This document shows, piece by piece, positions 41,301 to 56,000 of a stretch of DNA of 64,000 nt (position 1 is the first letter of the stretch; each line of letters opens with the position of its first letter). The notes under the pieces are model-generated. The model did not search any database. It was not told where the DNA came from and saw only the letters and a program-made list of their open reading frames with translations. A program made the position numbers and the translations under genes. Source of the DNA: Eledone cirrhosa (lineage: Eukaryota); assembly GCA_964016885.1 (NCBI GenBank), contig OZ024744.1, forward strand, positions 31,496,001-31,560,000, in the 5' to 3' direction.

Positions 41301-44300
41301 TCCTATGTCATGGCCAACTGAGACGTTGGTAAACCCAGGACTAATTAATGTCCTCTCTCATGGCTAACTGAGACATTGGTAAACCCAGTATAAACTAATG
41401 ACCTATGTCATGGCCAACTGAGACGTTAGTAAACCCAGTACTAACTAATGTCCTATGTCATGACCAACTGAGACATTGGTAAACCCAGTACTAACTAATG
41501 TCCTATGTCATGGCCAACTGAGACGTTGGTAAATCCAGTACTAACTAATGTCCTCTCTCATGACCAACTGAGACGTTGGTAAACCAAGTACTAACTAATG
41601 TTCTCTGTCATGGCCAACTGAGACGTAGGTAAACCCAGTACTAACTAATGTCCTCTGTCATGGCCAACTGAGACATTGGTAAACCCAGTACTAACTAATG
41701 TCCTATGTCATTACCAACTGAGATGTTGGTAAACCCAGTACTAACTAATGTCCTATGCCATGGCCAACTGAGACGTTGGTAAATCCAGTACTAACTAATG
41801 TCCTCTCTCATGGCCAACTGAGACGTTGGTAAACCCAGTATTAACTAATGTCCTATGTCATGGCCAGCTGAGACGATGGTAAACCCAGTACTAAATAATG
41901 TCCTCTGTCATGGCCAACTGAGACATTGGTAAACCCAGTACTAACTAATGTCCTATGTATGGCCAACTGAGACATTATTAAACCCAGTACTATCTAATGT
42001 CCTATGTCATGGCACACTGAGACGTTGGTAAACCCAGTACTAATTAATGTCCTGTCTCATTGCCAACTGAGACGTTGGTAAACCCAGTACTAACTAATGT
42101 CCTCTTTCATAGCCAACTGAGACGTAGGTAAACCCAGTACTAACTAATGTCCTCTGTCATGGCCAACTGAGACGTTGGTAAACCCAGTACTAACTAATGT
42201 CCCATGTCATGGCCAACTGAGTTGTTGGTAAACCCAGTACTATCTAATTTCCTATGTCATGACCAACTGAGACGTTGGTAAACCCAGTACTAACTAATGT
42301 CCTCTGTCATGGCCAACTGAGACATTCGTAAACCCAGTACTAACTAATGTCCTCTGTTATGGCCAAATGAGAGATTGGTAAACCCAGTACTAACTAATGT
42401 CCTATGACGACCAACTGAGACATTGGTAAACCCAGTACTAACTAATGTCCTATGTCATTGCCAACTGAGACGTTGGTAAACCCAGTACTAACTAATGTCC
42501 TCTATCATGGCCAACTGAGACATTGGTAAACCCAGTACTAACTAATGTCCTATGTCATGACCAACTGAGACATTGGTAAACCCAGTACTAACTAATGTCC
42601 TATGTCATGGCCAACTGAGACGTTGGTAAATCCAGTACTAACTAATGTCCTCTCTCATGACCAACTGAGACGTTGGTAAACCCAGTAAAAACTAATGTTC
42701 TCTGTCATGGCCAACTGAGACGTAGGTAAAACCAGTACTATCTAATGTCCTCTGTCATGGCCAACTGAGACATTGGTAAACCCAGTACTAACTAATGTCG
42801 TATGTCATGGCCAACTGAGACATTGGTAAACCCAGTACTAACTAATGTCCTATGTCATCGCCAACTGAGACGTTGGTAAACCCAGTACTAACTAATGTCC
42901 TACGTCATGACCAACTGAGACGTTGGTAAACCCAGTACTAACTAATGTCCTCTGTCATGGCCAACTTAGACGTAGGTAAACCCAGTACTAACTAATGTCC
43001 TCTGTCATGGCCAACTGAGAAGTTGGTAAACCCAGTACTAACTAATGTCCTCTGTCATTACCAACTGAGACGTAGGTAAACCCAGTACTAACTCATGTCC
43101 TCTGTCATGGCCAACTGAGACGTAGGTAAACCCAGTACTAACTAATGTCCTATGTCATGACCAACTGAGACATTGGTAAACCCAGTACGAACTAATGTCC
43201 TATGTCATGGCCAACTGAGACGTTGGTAAACCCAGTATTAACTAATGTCCTATGTCTTGGCCAACTGAGACGATGGTAAACCCAGTACTAAATAATGTCC
43301 TCTGTCATGGCCAACTGGGACATTGGTAAACCCAGTTCTAACTAATGTCCTATGTCATGGCCAACTGAGACGTTGGTAAACCCAGTACTAATTAATGTCC
43401 TCTCTCATGGCCAACTGAGACGTTGGTAAACCCAGTACTAACTAATGTCCTTTGTCATAGCCAACTGAGACGTAGGTAAACCCAGTACTAACTAATGTCC
43501 TCTGTCATGGTCAACTGAGACGTTGGTAAACCCAGTACTAACAAATGTCCTATGTCATGGCCAACTGAGATATTGCTAAACCCAGTGTTATCTAATGTCC
43601 TATGTCATGACCAACTGAGACGTTGGTATACCCAGTACTAACGAATGTCCTCTGTCATGGCCAACTGAGACATTGGTAAACCCAGTACTAACTAATGTCC
43701 TATGTCATGGCCAACTGAGACGTTGGTAAACCCAGTATTAACTAATGTCCTATGTCATGACCAACTGAGACATTGGTAAACCCAGTACTAACTAATGTCC
43801 TATGTCATGTCCAACTGAGACGTTGGTAAACCCAGTACTAACTAATGTCTTATGTCATGGCCAATTGAGACATTGGTAAACCCAGTACTAACTAATGTCC
43901 TCTGTCATGGCCAACCGAGACGGTGGTAAACCCAGTACTAACTAATGTCCTCTGTCATAGCCAACTGAGACGTAGGTAAACCCAGTACTAACTAATGTCC
44001 TCTGTCATGACCAACTGAGATATTGCTAAACCCAGTGTTATCTAATGTCCTATGTCATGACCAACTGAGACGTTGGTATACCCAGTACTAACGAATGCCT
44101 CTGTCATGGCCAACTGAGACATTGTTAAACCCAGTATAAACTAATGACCTATGTCATGGCCAACTGAGACGTTGGTAAACCCAGTACTAATTAATGTCCT
44201 CTCTCATGGCCAACTGAGACGATGGTAAACCCAGTACTAACTAATGTCCTCTGAAATAGCCAACTGAGACATTGTTAAACCCAGTACTAACTAATGTCCT

Positions 44301-47300
44301 ATGTCATGGCCAACTGAGACGTTGGTAAATCCAGTACTAACTAATGTCCTCTCTCATGACCAACTGAGACGTTGGTAAACCCAGTACAAACTAATGTTCT
44401 CTGTCATGGCCAACTGACACGTAGGTAAACCCAGTACTAACTAATGTCCTATGTCATCGCCAACTGAGACGTTGGTAAACCCAGTACTAACTAATGTCCT
44501 ATGTCATGACCAACTGAGACGTTGGTAAACCCAGTACTAACTAATGTCCTCTGTCATGGCCAACTTAGACGTAGGTAAACCCAGTACTAACTAATGTCCT
44601 CTGTCATGGCCAACTGAGACGTTGGTAAACCCAGTACTAACTAATGTCCTCTGTCATTAACATCTGAGACGTAGGTAAACCCAGTATTAACTAATGTCCT
44701 ATGTCATGACCAACTGAGACATTGGTAAACCCAGTACTAACTAATGTCCTATGTCATGGCCAACTGAGACGTTGGTAAACCCAGTACTAACTAATGTCTT
44801 ATGTCATGCCCAACTGAGACATTGGTAAACCCAGTACTAACTAATGTCCTCTGTCATGGCCAACCGAGACGGTGGTAAACCCAATACTAACTAATGTCCT
44901 CTGTCATAGCCAACTGAGACGTAGGTAAACCCAGTACTAAATAATGTCCTCTGTCATGGCCACCTGAGACGTTGGTAAACCCAGTACTAACTAATGTCCT
45001 CTGTCATGACCAACTGAGATATTGCTAAACCCAGTGTTATCTAATGTCCTATGTCATGGCCAACTGAGACGTTGGTAAACCCAGTACTAACTAATGTCCT
45101 ATGTCATGACCAACTGAGACGTTGGTAAACCCAGTATTAACTAATGTCCTATGTCATGGCCAACTGAGACGTTGGTAAACCCAGTACTAACTAATGTCCT
45201 ATGTCATGGCCAACTGAGACGTTGGTAAACCCAGTATTAACTAATGTCCTATGTCATGGCCAACTGAGACATTGGTAAACACAGTACTAACTAATGTCGT
45301 ATGTCATGGCCAACTGAGACATTGGTAAACCCAGTACTAACTAATGTCCTATGTCATGGCCAATTGAGACGTTGGTAAACACAGTACTAACTAATGTACT
45401 CTCTCCTGGCCAACTGAGACGTTGGTAAACCCAGTACTAACTAATGTCCTATGTCATGACCAACTGAGATATTGCTAAACCCAGTACTAATTAATGTCCT
45501 ATGTCATGGCCAACTGAGAGATTGGTAAAGCCAGTACTAACTAATGTCCTATGTCATGGACAAATGAGACGTAGGTAAATCCAGTTCTAACTAATGTCCT
45601 CTGTCATGGCCAACTGAGACATTCGTAAAACAAGTACTAACTAATGTCCTCTGTCATGGCCAACTGAGTCATTGGTAAACCCAGTAATAACTAATGTCCT
45701 ATGTCATGGCCAACTGAGACGATGGTAAACCCAGTACTAAATAATGTCCTCTGTCATAGCCAACTGAGACATTCCTAAACCCAGTACTAACTAATGTCCT
45801 CTGTCATGGCCAACTGAGACATTGGTAAACCCAGTACTAACTAATGTCCTATGTCATGGCCAACTGAGACGTTGGTAAACCCAGTACTAACTAATGTCCT
45901 CTGTCATAGCCAACTGAGACGTAGGTAAACCCAGTACTAACTAATGTCCTCTGTCATGGCCAACTGAGACGTTGGTAAACCCAGTACTAACTAATGTCCT
46001 CTGTCATGGCCAACTGAGATATTGCTAAACCCAGTATTATCTAATGTCCTCTGTCATGACCAACTGAGACGTTGGTATACCCAGTACTAACGAATGTCCT
46101 CTGTCATGGCCAACTGAGACATTGGTAAACCCAGTATAAACTAATGTCCTATGTCATGACCAACTGAGACGTTGGTAAACCCAGTACTAACTAACGCCCT
46201 ATGTCATGGCCAACTGAGACGTTGGTAAACCCAGTACTAACTATTGTCCTCTGTCATGGCCAACTGAGACGTTGGTAAACACAGTACTAACTAATGTCTT
46301 ATGTCATGGCCAACTGAGATGTTGGTAAACCCAGTACTAACTAATGTCCTCTGTCATGGCCAACTGAGAGATTGGTAAACCCAGTACTAACTAATGTCCT
46401 ATGTCATGACCAACTGAGACATTGGTAAACCCAGTACGAACTAATGTCCTATGTCATGGCCAACTGAGACGTTGGTAAACCCAGTACTAACTAATGTCCT
46501 CTGTCATGGCCAACTGAGACGTTGGTAAACCTAGTATTAACTAATGTCCTATGTCTTGGCCAACTGAGACGATGGTAAACCCAGTACTAAATAATGTCCT
46601 CTCTCATGGCCAACTGAGACATTGGTAAACCCAGTTCTAACTAATGTCCTATGTCATGGCCAACTGAGACGTTGGTAAACCCAGGACTAATTAATGTCCT
46701 CTCTCATGGCTACCTGAGACATTGGTAAACCCAGTATAAACTAATGACCTATGTCATGGCCAACTGAGACGTTAGTAAACCCAGTACTAACTAATGTCCT
46801 ATGTCATGACCAACTGAGACATTGGTAAACCCAGTACTAACTAATGTTCTCTGTCATGGCCAACTGAGACGTAGGTAAACCCAGTACTAACTAATGTCCT
46901 CTGTCATGGCCAACTGAGACATTGGTAAACCCAGTACTAACTAATGTCCTATGTCATTACCAACTGAGATGTTGGTAAACCCAGTACTAACTAATGTCCT
47001 ATGCCATGGCCAACTGAGACGTTGGTAAATCCAGTACTAACTAATGTCCTCTCTCATGGCCAACTGAGACGTTGGTAAACCCAGTATTAACTAATGTCCT
47101 ATGTCATGGCCAGCTGAGACGATGGTAAACCCAGTACTAAATAATGTCCTCTGTCATGGCCAACTGAGACATTGGTAAACCCAGTACTAACTAATGTCCT
47201 ATGTATGGCCAACTGAGACATTATTAAACCCAGTACTATCTAATGTCCTATGTCATGGCACACTGAGACGTTGGTAAACCCAGTACTAATTAATGTCCTG

Positions 47301-48940
47301 TCTCATTGCCAACTGAGACGTTGGTAAACCCAGTACTAACTAATGTCCTCTTTCATAGCCAACTGAGACGTAGGTAAACCCAGTACTAACTAATGTCCTC
47401 TGTCATGGCCAACTGAGACGTTGGTAAACCCAGTACTAACTAATGTCCCATGTCATGGCCAACTGAGTTGTTGGTAAACCCAGTACTATCTAATTTCCTA
47501 TGTCATGACCAACTGAGACGTTGGTAAACCCAGTACTAACTAATGTCCTCTGTCATGGCCAACTGAGACATTCGTAAACCCAGTACTAACTAATGTCCTC
47601 TGTTATGGCCAAATGAGAGATTGGTAAACCCAGTACTAACTAATGTCCTATGACATGACCAACTGAGACATTGGTAAACCCAGTACTAACTAATGTCCTA
47701 TGTCATTGCCAACTGAGACGTTGGTAAACCCAGTACTAACTAATGTCCTCTATCATGGCCAACTGAGACATTGGTAAACCCAGTACTAACTAATGTCCTA
47801 TGTCATGACCAACTGAGACATTGGTAAACCCAGTACTAACTAATGTCCTATGTCATGGCCAACTGAGACGTTGGTAAATCCAGTACTAACTAATGTCCTC
47901 TCTCATGACCAACTGAGACGTTGGTAAACCCAGTAAAAACTAATGTTCTCTGTCATGGCCAACTGAGACGTAGGTAAACCCAGTACTATCTAATGTCCTC
48001 TGTCATGGCCAACTGAGACATTGGTAAACCCAGTACTAACTAATGTCGTATGTCATGGCCAACTGAGACATTGGTAAACCCAGTACTAACTAATGTCCTA
48101 TGTCATCGCCAACTGAGACGTTGGTAAACCCAGTACTAACTAATGTCCTACGTCATGACCAACTGAGACGTTGGTAAACCCAGTACTAACTAATGTCCTC
48201 TGTCATGGCCAACTTAGACGTAGGTAAACCCAGTACTAACTAATGTCCTCTGTCATGGCCAACTGAGAAGTTGGTAAACCCAGTACTAACTAATGTCCTC
48301 TGTCATTACCAACTGAGACGTAGGTAAACCCAGTACTAACTCATGTCCTCTGTCATGGCCAACTGAGACGTAGGTAAACCCAGTACTAACTAATGTCCTA
48401 TGTCATGACCAACTGAGACATTGGTAAACCCAGTACGAACTAATGTCCTATGTCATGGCCAACTGAGACGTTGGTAAACCCAGTATTAACTAATGTCCTA
48501 TGTCTTGGCCAACTGAGACGATGGTAAACCCAGTACTAAATAATGTCCTCTGTCATGGCCAACTGGGACATTGGTAAACCCAGTTCTAACTAATGTCCTA
48601 TGTCATGGCCAACTGAGACGTTGGTAAACCCAGTACTAATTAATGTCCTCTCTCATGGCCAACTGAGACGTTGGTAAACCCAGTACTAACTAATGTCCTT
48701 TGTCATAGCCAACTGAGACGTAGGTAAACCCAGTACTAACTAATGTCCTCTGTCATGGTCAACTGAGACGTTGGTAAACCCAGTACTAACAAATGTCCTA
48801 TGTCATGGCCAACTGAGATATTGCTAAACCCAGTGTTATCTAATGTCCTATGTCATGACCAACTGAGACGTTGGTATACCCAGTACTAACGAATGTCCTC
48901 TGTCATGGCCAACTGAGACATTGGTAAACCCAGTATAAAC
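38350..48940 (+). repeat. Tandem duplication with 5346-bp period (107 monomers minus 4 bp)
   Basis: Deletion allele aatgcctct 38748/44094 and ctgaaatagcc 38905/44251 (both 5346); tgtatgg 41956/47202 (5246, after loss of two monomers near 46.85 kb). Confidence 0.92.
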
Positions 48941-48989
48941 TAATGACCTATGTCATGGCCAACTGAGACGTTAGTAAACCCAGTACTAA

Positions 48990-49680
48990 CTAATGTCCTC
49001 TGTCATGGCCAACTGAGACGTTGGTAAACCTAGTACTAACTAATGTCCTCTGTCATGGCCAACTGAGATATTGATAAACCCAGTATTATCTAATGTCCTA
49101 TGTCATGACCAACTGAGACGTAGGTAAACCCAGTACTAACTAATGTCCTCTGTCATGGCCAACTGAGACGTAGGTAAACCCAGTACTAACTAATGTCCTA
49201 TGTCATGGCCAACTGAGACGTTGGGAAACCCAGTATTAACTAATGTCCTATGTCATGACCAACTGAGACATTGGTAAACCCAGTACTAACTAATCTCCCA
49301 TGTCATGGCCAACTGAAACGTTGGTAAACCCAGTACTAACTGATGTCCTCTGTCATAGCCAACTGAGACGTAGGTAAACCCAGTACTAACTAATGTCCTC
49401 TGTCATGGCCAACTGAGACGTTGGTAAACCTAGTACTAACTAATGTCCTCTGTCATGGCCAACTGAGATATTGATAAACCCAGTATTATCTAATGTCCTA
49501 TGTCATGACCAACTGAGACGTAGGTAAACCCAGTACTAACTAATGTCCTCTGTCATGGCCAACTGAGACGTAGGTAAACCCAGTACTAACTAATGTCCTA
49601 TGTCATGGCCAACTGAGACGTTGGGAAACCCAGTATTAACTAATGTCCTATGTCATGACCAACTGAGACATTGGTAAACC
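48990..49680 (+). repeat. Local duplication with 400-bp (8-monomer) offset
   Basis: ttgataaacc 49071/49471; ttgggaaacc 49221/49621. Confidence 0.8.
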
Positions 49681-50099
49681 CAGTACTATCTAATGTCCTA
49701 TGTCATGGCCAACTGAGACGTTGGTAAACCCAGTACTAACTAATGTCTTATGTCATGGCCAACTGAGACATTTGTAAACCTAGTACTAACTAATGTCCTC
49801 TGTCATGGCCAACCGAGACGGTGGTAAACCCAGTTCTAACTATTGTCCTCTGTCATGGTCAACGGAGACGTTGGTAAACCCAGTACTAACTAATGTCCTA
49901 TGTCATGACCAACTGAGACATTGGTAAACCCAGTACTAACTAATGTCCTATGTCATGACCAACTGAGACGTAGGTAAATCCAGTACTAACTAATGACCTA
50001 TGTCATGACCAACTGAGACATTGGTAAACCCAGTACTAACTAATGTCCTATGTCATGGCCAACTGAGACGTTGGTAAACCCAGTACTAACTAATGTCCT

Positions 50100-53000
50100 A
50101 TGTCATGACCAACTGAGACGTTGGTAAACCCAGTATTAACTAATGTCCTATGTCATGGCCAACTGAGACGTTGGTAAACCCAGTACTAACTAATGTCCTA
50201 TGTCATGGCCAACTGAGACGTTGGGAAACCCAGTATTAACTAATGTCCTATGTCATGGCCAACTGAGACATTGGTAAACACAGTACTAACTAATGTCGTA
50301 TGTCATGGCCAACTGAGACATTGGTAAACCCAGTACTAACTAATGTCCTATGTCATGGCCAATTGAGACGTTGGTAAACACAGTACTAACTAATGTACTC
50401 TCTCCTGGCCAACTGAGACGTTGGTAAACCCAGTACTAACTAATGTCCTATGTCATGACCAACTGAGATATTGCTAAACCCAGTACTAATTAATGTCCTA
50501 TGTCATGGCCAACTGAGAGATTGGTAAAGCCAGTACTAACTAATGTCCTATGTCATGGACAAATGAGACGTAGGTAAATCCAGTTCTAACTAATGTCCTC
50601 TGTCGTGGCCAACTGAGACGTAGGTAAACCCAGTACTAACTAATGTCCTCTGTCATGGCCAACTGAGACGTTGGTAAACCCAGTACTAACTAATGTCCTC
50701 TGTCATGGCCAACTGAGATATTGCTAAACCCAGTATTATCTAATGTCCTCTGTCATGACCAACTGAGACGTTGGTATACCCAGTACTAACGAATGTCCTC
50801 TGTCATGGCCAACTGAGACATTGGTAAACCCAGTATAAACTAATGTCCTATGTCATGACCAACTGAGACGTTGGTAAACCCAGTACTAACTAACGCCCTA
50901 TGTCATGGCCAACTGAGACGTTGGTAAACCCAGTACTAACTATTGTCCTCTGTCATGGCCAACTGAGACGTTGGTAAACACAGTACTAACTAATGTCTTA
51001 TGTCATGGCCAACTGAGATGGTGGTAAACCCAGTACTAACTAATGTCCTCTGTCATGGCCAACTGAGACATTGGTAAACCCAGTACTAATTAATGTCCTC
51101 TGTCATGGCCAACTGAGACGTTGGTAAACCCAGTACTAACTAATGTCCTATGTCATGGCCAACTGAGACGTTGGTAAACCCAGTACTAACAAATGTCCTA
51201 CGTCATGACCAACTGAGACGTTGGTAAACCCAGTACTAACTAATGTCCTATGTCATGACCAACTGAGACATTGGTAAACCCAGTACTGACTAATGTCCTA
51301 TATCATGGCCAACTGAGACGTTGGTAAACCCAGTACTAACTAATGTCCTCTGTCATGGCCAACTGAGACATTGGTAAACCCAGTACTAACTAATGTCCTA
51401 TGTCATGACCAACTGAGACATTGGTAAACCCAGTACTAACTAATCTCCTATGTCATGGCCAACTGAGACGCTGGTAAATCCAGTCCTAACTAATGTCCTC
51501 TCTCATGGCCAACTGAGACGTTGGTAAACCCAGTACTAACTAATGTTCTCTGTCATGGCCAACTGAGACGTAGGTAAACCCAGTACAAACTAATGTCCTC
51601 TGTCATGGCCAACTGAGAGATTGGTAAACCCAGTACTAACTAATGTCCTATGTCATGGCCAACTGAGAGATTGGTAAAGCCAGTACTAACTAATGTCCTA
51701 TGTCATGGACAAATGAGACGTAGGTAAATCCAGTACTAACAAATGTCCTCTGTCATGGCCAACTGAGACATTCGTAAACCCTGTACTAACTAATGTCCTC
51801 TGTCATGGCCAACTGAGTCATTGGTAAACCCAGTAATAACTAATGTCCTATGTCATGGCCAACTGAGACGATGGTAAACCCAGTACTAAATAATGTCCTC
51901 TGTCATAGCCAACTGAGACATTCGTAAACCCAGTACTAACTAATGTCCTCTGTCATGGCCAACTGAGAGATTGGTAAACCCAGTACTAACTAATGTCCTA
52001 TATCATGGCCAACTGAGACATTGGTAAGCCCAGTATAAACTAATGTCCTATGTCATGACCAACTGAGACGTTGGTAAACCCAGTACTAACTAATGTCCTC
52101 TGTCATGGCCAACTGAGACGTTGGTAAACACAGTACTAACTAATGTCTTATGTCATGGCCAACTGAGATGTTGGTAAACCCAGGACTAACTAATGTCCTC
52201 TGTCATGGCAAACTGAGACATTGGTAAACCCAGTACTAACTAATGTCCTCTGTCATGGCCAACTGAGACGTTGGTAAACCCAGTACTAACTAATGCCCTA
52301 TGTCATGGCCAACTGAGACGTTGGTAAATCCAGTACTAACTAATGTCCTATGTCATGACCAACTGAGACATTGGTAAACCCAGTACTAACTAATGTCTTA
52401 TGTCATGGCCAACTGAGACGTTGGTAAACCCAGTACTAACTAATGTCCTCTGTCATGGCCAACTGAGACATTGGTAAACCCAGTACTAACTAATGTCCTA
52501 TGTCATGACCAACTGAGACATTGGTAAACCCAGTACTAACTAATGTCCTATGTCATGGCCAACTGAGACGCTGGTAAATCCAGTACTAACTAATGTCCTC
52601 TCTCATGGCCAACTGAGACGTTGGTAAACCCAGTACTAACTAATATTCTCTGTCATGGCCAACTGAGACGTAGGTAAACCCAGTACAAACTAATGTCCTC
52701 TGTCATGGCCAACTGAGACGTTGGTAAACCCAGTTTTAACTAATGTCCTATGTCATGGCCAACTGACACGATGGTAAACCCAGTACTAAATAATGTTCTC
52801 TGTCATGGCCAACTGAGACATTGGTAAACCCAGTTCTAACTAATGTCCTATGTCATGGCCAACTGAGACATTGGTAAACCCAGTACTATCTAATGTCCTA
52901 TGTCATGGCCAACTGAGACGTTGGTAAACCCAGTACTAACTAATGTCCTCTGTCATGACCCACTGAGAGATTGGTAAACCCAGTACTAACTAATGTCCTA

Positions 53001-56000
53001 TGTCATGACCAACTGAGAGATTGGTAAACCCAGTACTAACTCATGTCCTATGTCATGGCCAACTGAGACGATGGTAAACCCAGTACTAACTAATGTCTTA
53101 TGTCATGGCCAACTGAGACATTGGTAAACCTAGTACTAACTAATGTCCTCTGTCATGGCCAACCGAGACGGTGGTAAACCCAGTACTAACTATTGTCCTC
53201 TGTCATGGTCAACGGAGACGTTGGTAAACCCAGTACTAACTAATGACCTATGTCATGACCAACTGAGACATTGGTAAACCCAGTACTAACTAATGTCCTA
53301 TGTCATGACCAACTGAGACGTAGGTAAATCCAGTACTAACTAATGACCTATGTCATGACCAACTGAGACATTGGTAAACCCAGTACTAACTAATGTCCTA
53401 TGTCATGGCCAACTGAGACGTTGGTAAACCCAGTACTAACTAATGTCCTATGTCATGACCAACTGAGACGTTGGTAACCCAGTATTAACTAATGTCCTAT
53501 GTCATGGCCAACTGAGACGTTGCTAAACCCAGTACTAACTAATGTCCTATGTCATGGCCAACTGAGACGTTGGTAAACCCAGTATTAACTAATGTCCTAT
53601 GTCATGGCCAACTGAGACATTGGTAAACACAGTACTAACTAATGTCGTATGTCATGGCCAACTGAGACATTGGTAAACCCAGTACTAACTAATGTCCTAT
53701 GTCATGGCCAATTGAGACGTTGATAAACACAGTACTAACTAATGTACTCTCTCCTGGCCAACTGAGACGTTGGTAAACCCAGTACTAACTAATGTCCTAC
53801 GTCATGACCAACTGAGATATTGCTAAACCCAGTACTAATTAATGTCCTATGTCATGGCCAACTGAGAGATTGGTAAAGCCAGTACTAACTAATGTCCTAT
53901 GTCATGGACAAATGAGACGTAGGTAAATCCAGTTCTAACTAATGTCCTCTGTCATGGCCAACTGAGACATTCGTAAAGCAAGTACTAACTAATGTCCTCT
54001 GTCATGGCCAACTGAGTCATTGGTAAACCCAGTACTAACTAATGTCCTCTGTCATGGCCAACCGAGACGGTGGTAAACCCAGTTCTAACTATTGTCCTCT
54101 GTCATGGTCAACGGAGACGTTGGTAAACCCAGTACAAACTAATGTTCTCTGTCATGGCCAACTGACACGTAGGTAAACCCAGTACTAACTAATGTCCTAT
54201 GTCATCGCCAACTGAGACGTTGGTAAACCCAGTACTAACTAATGTCCTATGTCATGACCAACTGAGACGTTGGTAAACCCAGTACTAACTAATGTCCTCT
54301 GTCATGGCCAACTTAGACGTAGGTAAACCCAGTACTAACTAATGTCCTCTGTCATGGCCAACTGAGACGTTGGTAAACCCAGTACTAACTAATGTCCTCT
54401 GTCATTAACAACTGAGACGTAGGTAAACCCAGTACTAACTAATGTCCTATGTCATGGCCAACTGAGACGTTGGTAAACCCAGTATTAACTAATGTCCTAT
54501 GTCATGACCAACTGAGACATTGGTAAACCCAGTACTAACTAATGTCCTATGTCATGGCCAACTGAGACGTTGGTAAACCCAGTACTAACTAATGTCTTAT
54601 GTCATGGCCAACTGAGACATTGGTAAACCCAGTACTAACTAATGTCCTCTGTCATGGCCAACCGAGACGGTGGTAAACCCAGTACTAACTAATGTCCTCT
54701 GTCATGGCCAACGGAGACGTTGGTAAACCCAGTACTAACTAATGTCCTATGTCATGACCATCTGAGACATTGGTAAACCCAGTACTAACTAATGTCCTCT
54801 CTCATGGCCAACTGAGACGTTGGTAAACCCAGTACTAACTAATGTCCTCTGTCATAGCCAACTGAGACATAGGTAAACCCAGTACTAACTAATGTCCTCT
54901 GTCATGGCCAACTGAGACGTTGGTAAACCCAGTACTAACTAATGTCCTCTGTCATGACCAACTGAGATATTGCTAAACCCAGTGTTATCTAATGTCCTAT
55001 GTCATGACCAACTGAGACGTTGGTATACCCAGTACTAACGAATGCCTCTGTCATGGCCAACTGAGACATTGTTAAACCCAGTATAAACTAATGACCTACG
55101 TCATGGCCAACTGAGACGTAGGTAAACCCAGTACTAACTAATGTCCTCTGTCATGGCCAACTGAGACATTGGTAAACCCAGTACTATCTAATGTCCTATG
55201 TCATGCCCAACTGAGACATTTGTAAACCCAGTACTAACTAATGTCCTCTGTTATGGCCAACTGAGACATTCGTAAACCCAGTACTAACTAATGTCCTCTG
55301 TTATGGCCAACTGAGAGATTGGTAAACCCAGTACTAACTCATGTCCTATGTCATGATCAACTGAGACATTGGTAAACCCAGTACTAACTAATGTCCTATG
55401 TCATGGCTAACTGAGACGTTGGTAAACTCAGTACTAACTAATGTCCTCTGTCATGGCCAACTGAGACATTGGTAAACACAGTACTAACTAATGTCCTATG
55501 TCATGGTTAACTGAGACGTTGGTAAACTCAGTACTAACTAATGTCCTCTGTCATGGCCAACTGACACATTGGTAAACCCAGTACTAACTAATGTCCTATG
55601 TCATGACCAAATGAGATATTGGTAAACCCATTACTAACTAATGTCCTATGTCATGACCAACTGAGACGATGGTAAACCCAGTACTAAATAATTTCCTCTG
55701 CCATGGCCAACTGAGACGGTGGTAAACCCAGTACTAACTAATGTCCTCTGTCATGGCCAACGGAGACGTTGGTAAACCCAGTACTAACTAATGTCCTATG
55801 TCATGACCATCTGAGACATTGGTAAACCCAGTACTAACTAATGTCCTCTCTCATGGCCAACTGAGACATTGGTAAACCCAGTACTATCTAATGTCCTATG
55901 TCATGGCACACTGAGACGTTGGTAAAACCAGTACTAATTAATGTCCTCTCTCATGGCCAACTGAGACGATGGTAAACCCAGTACTAAATAATGTCCTCTG

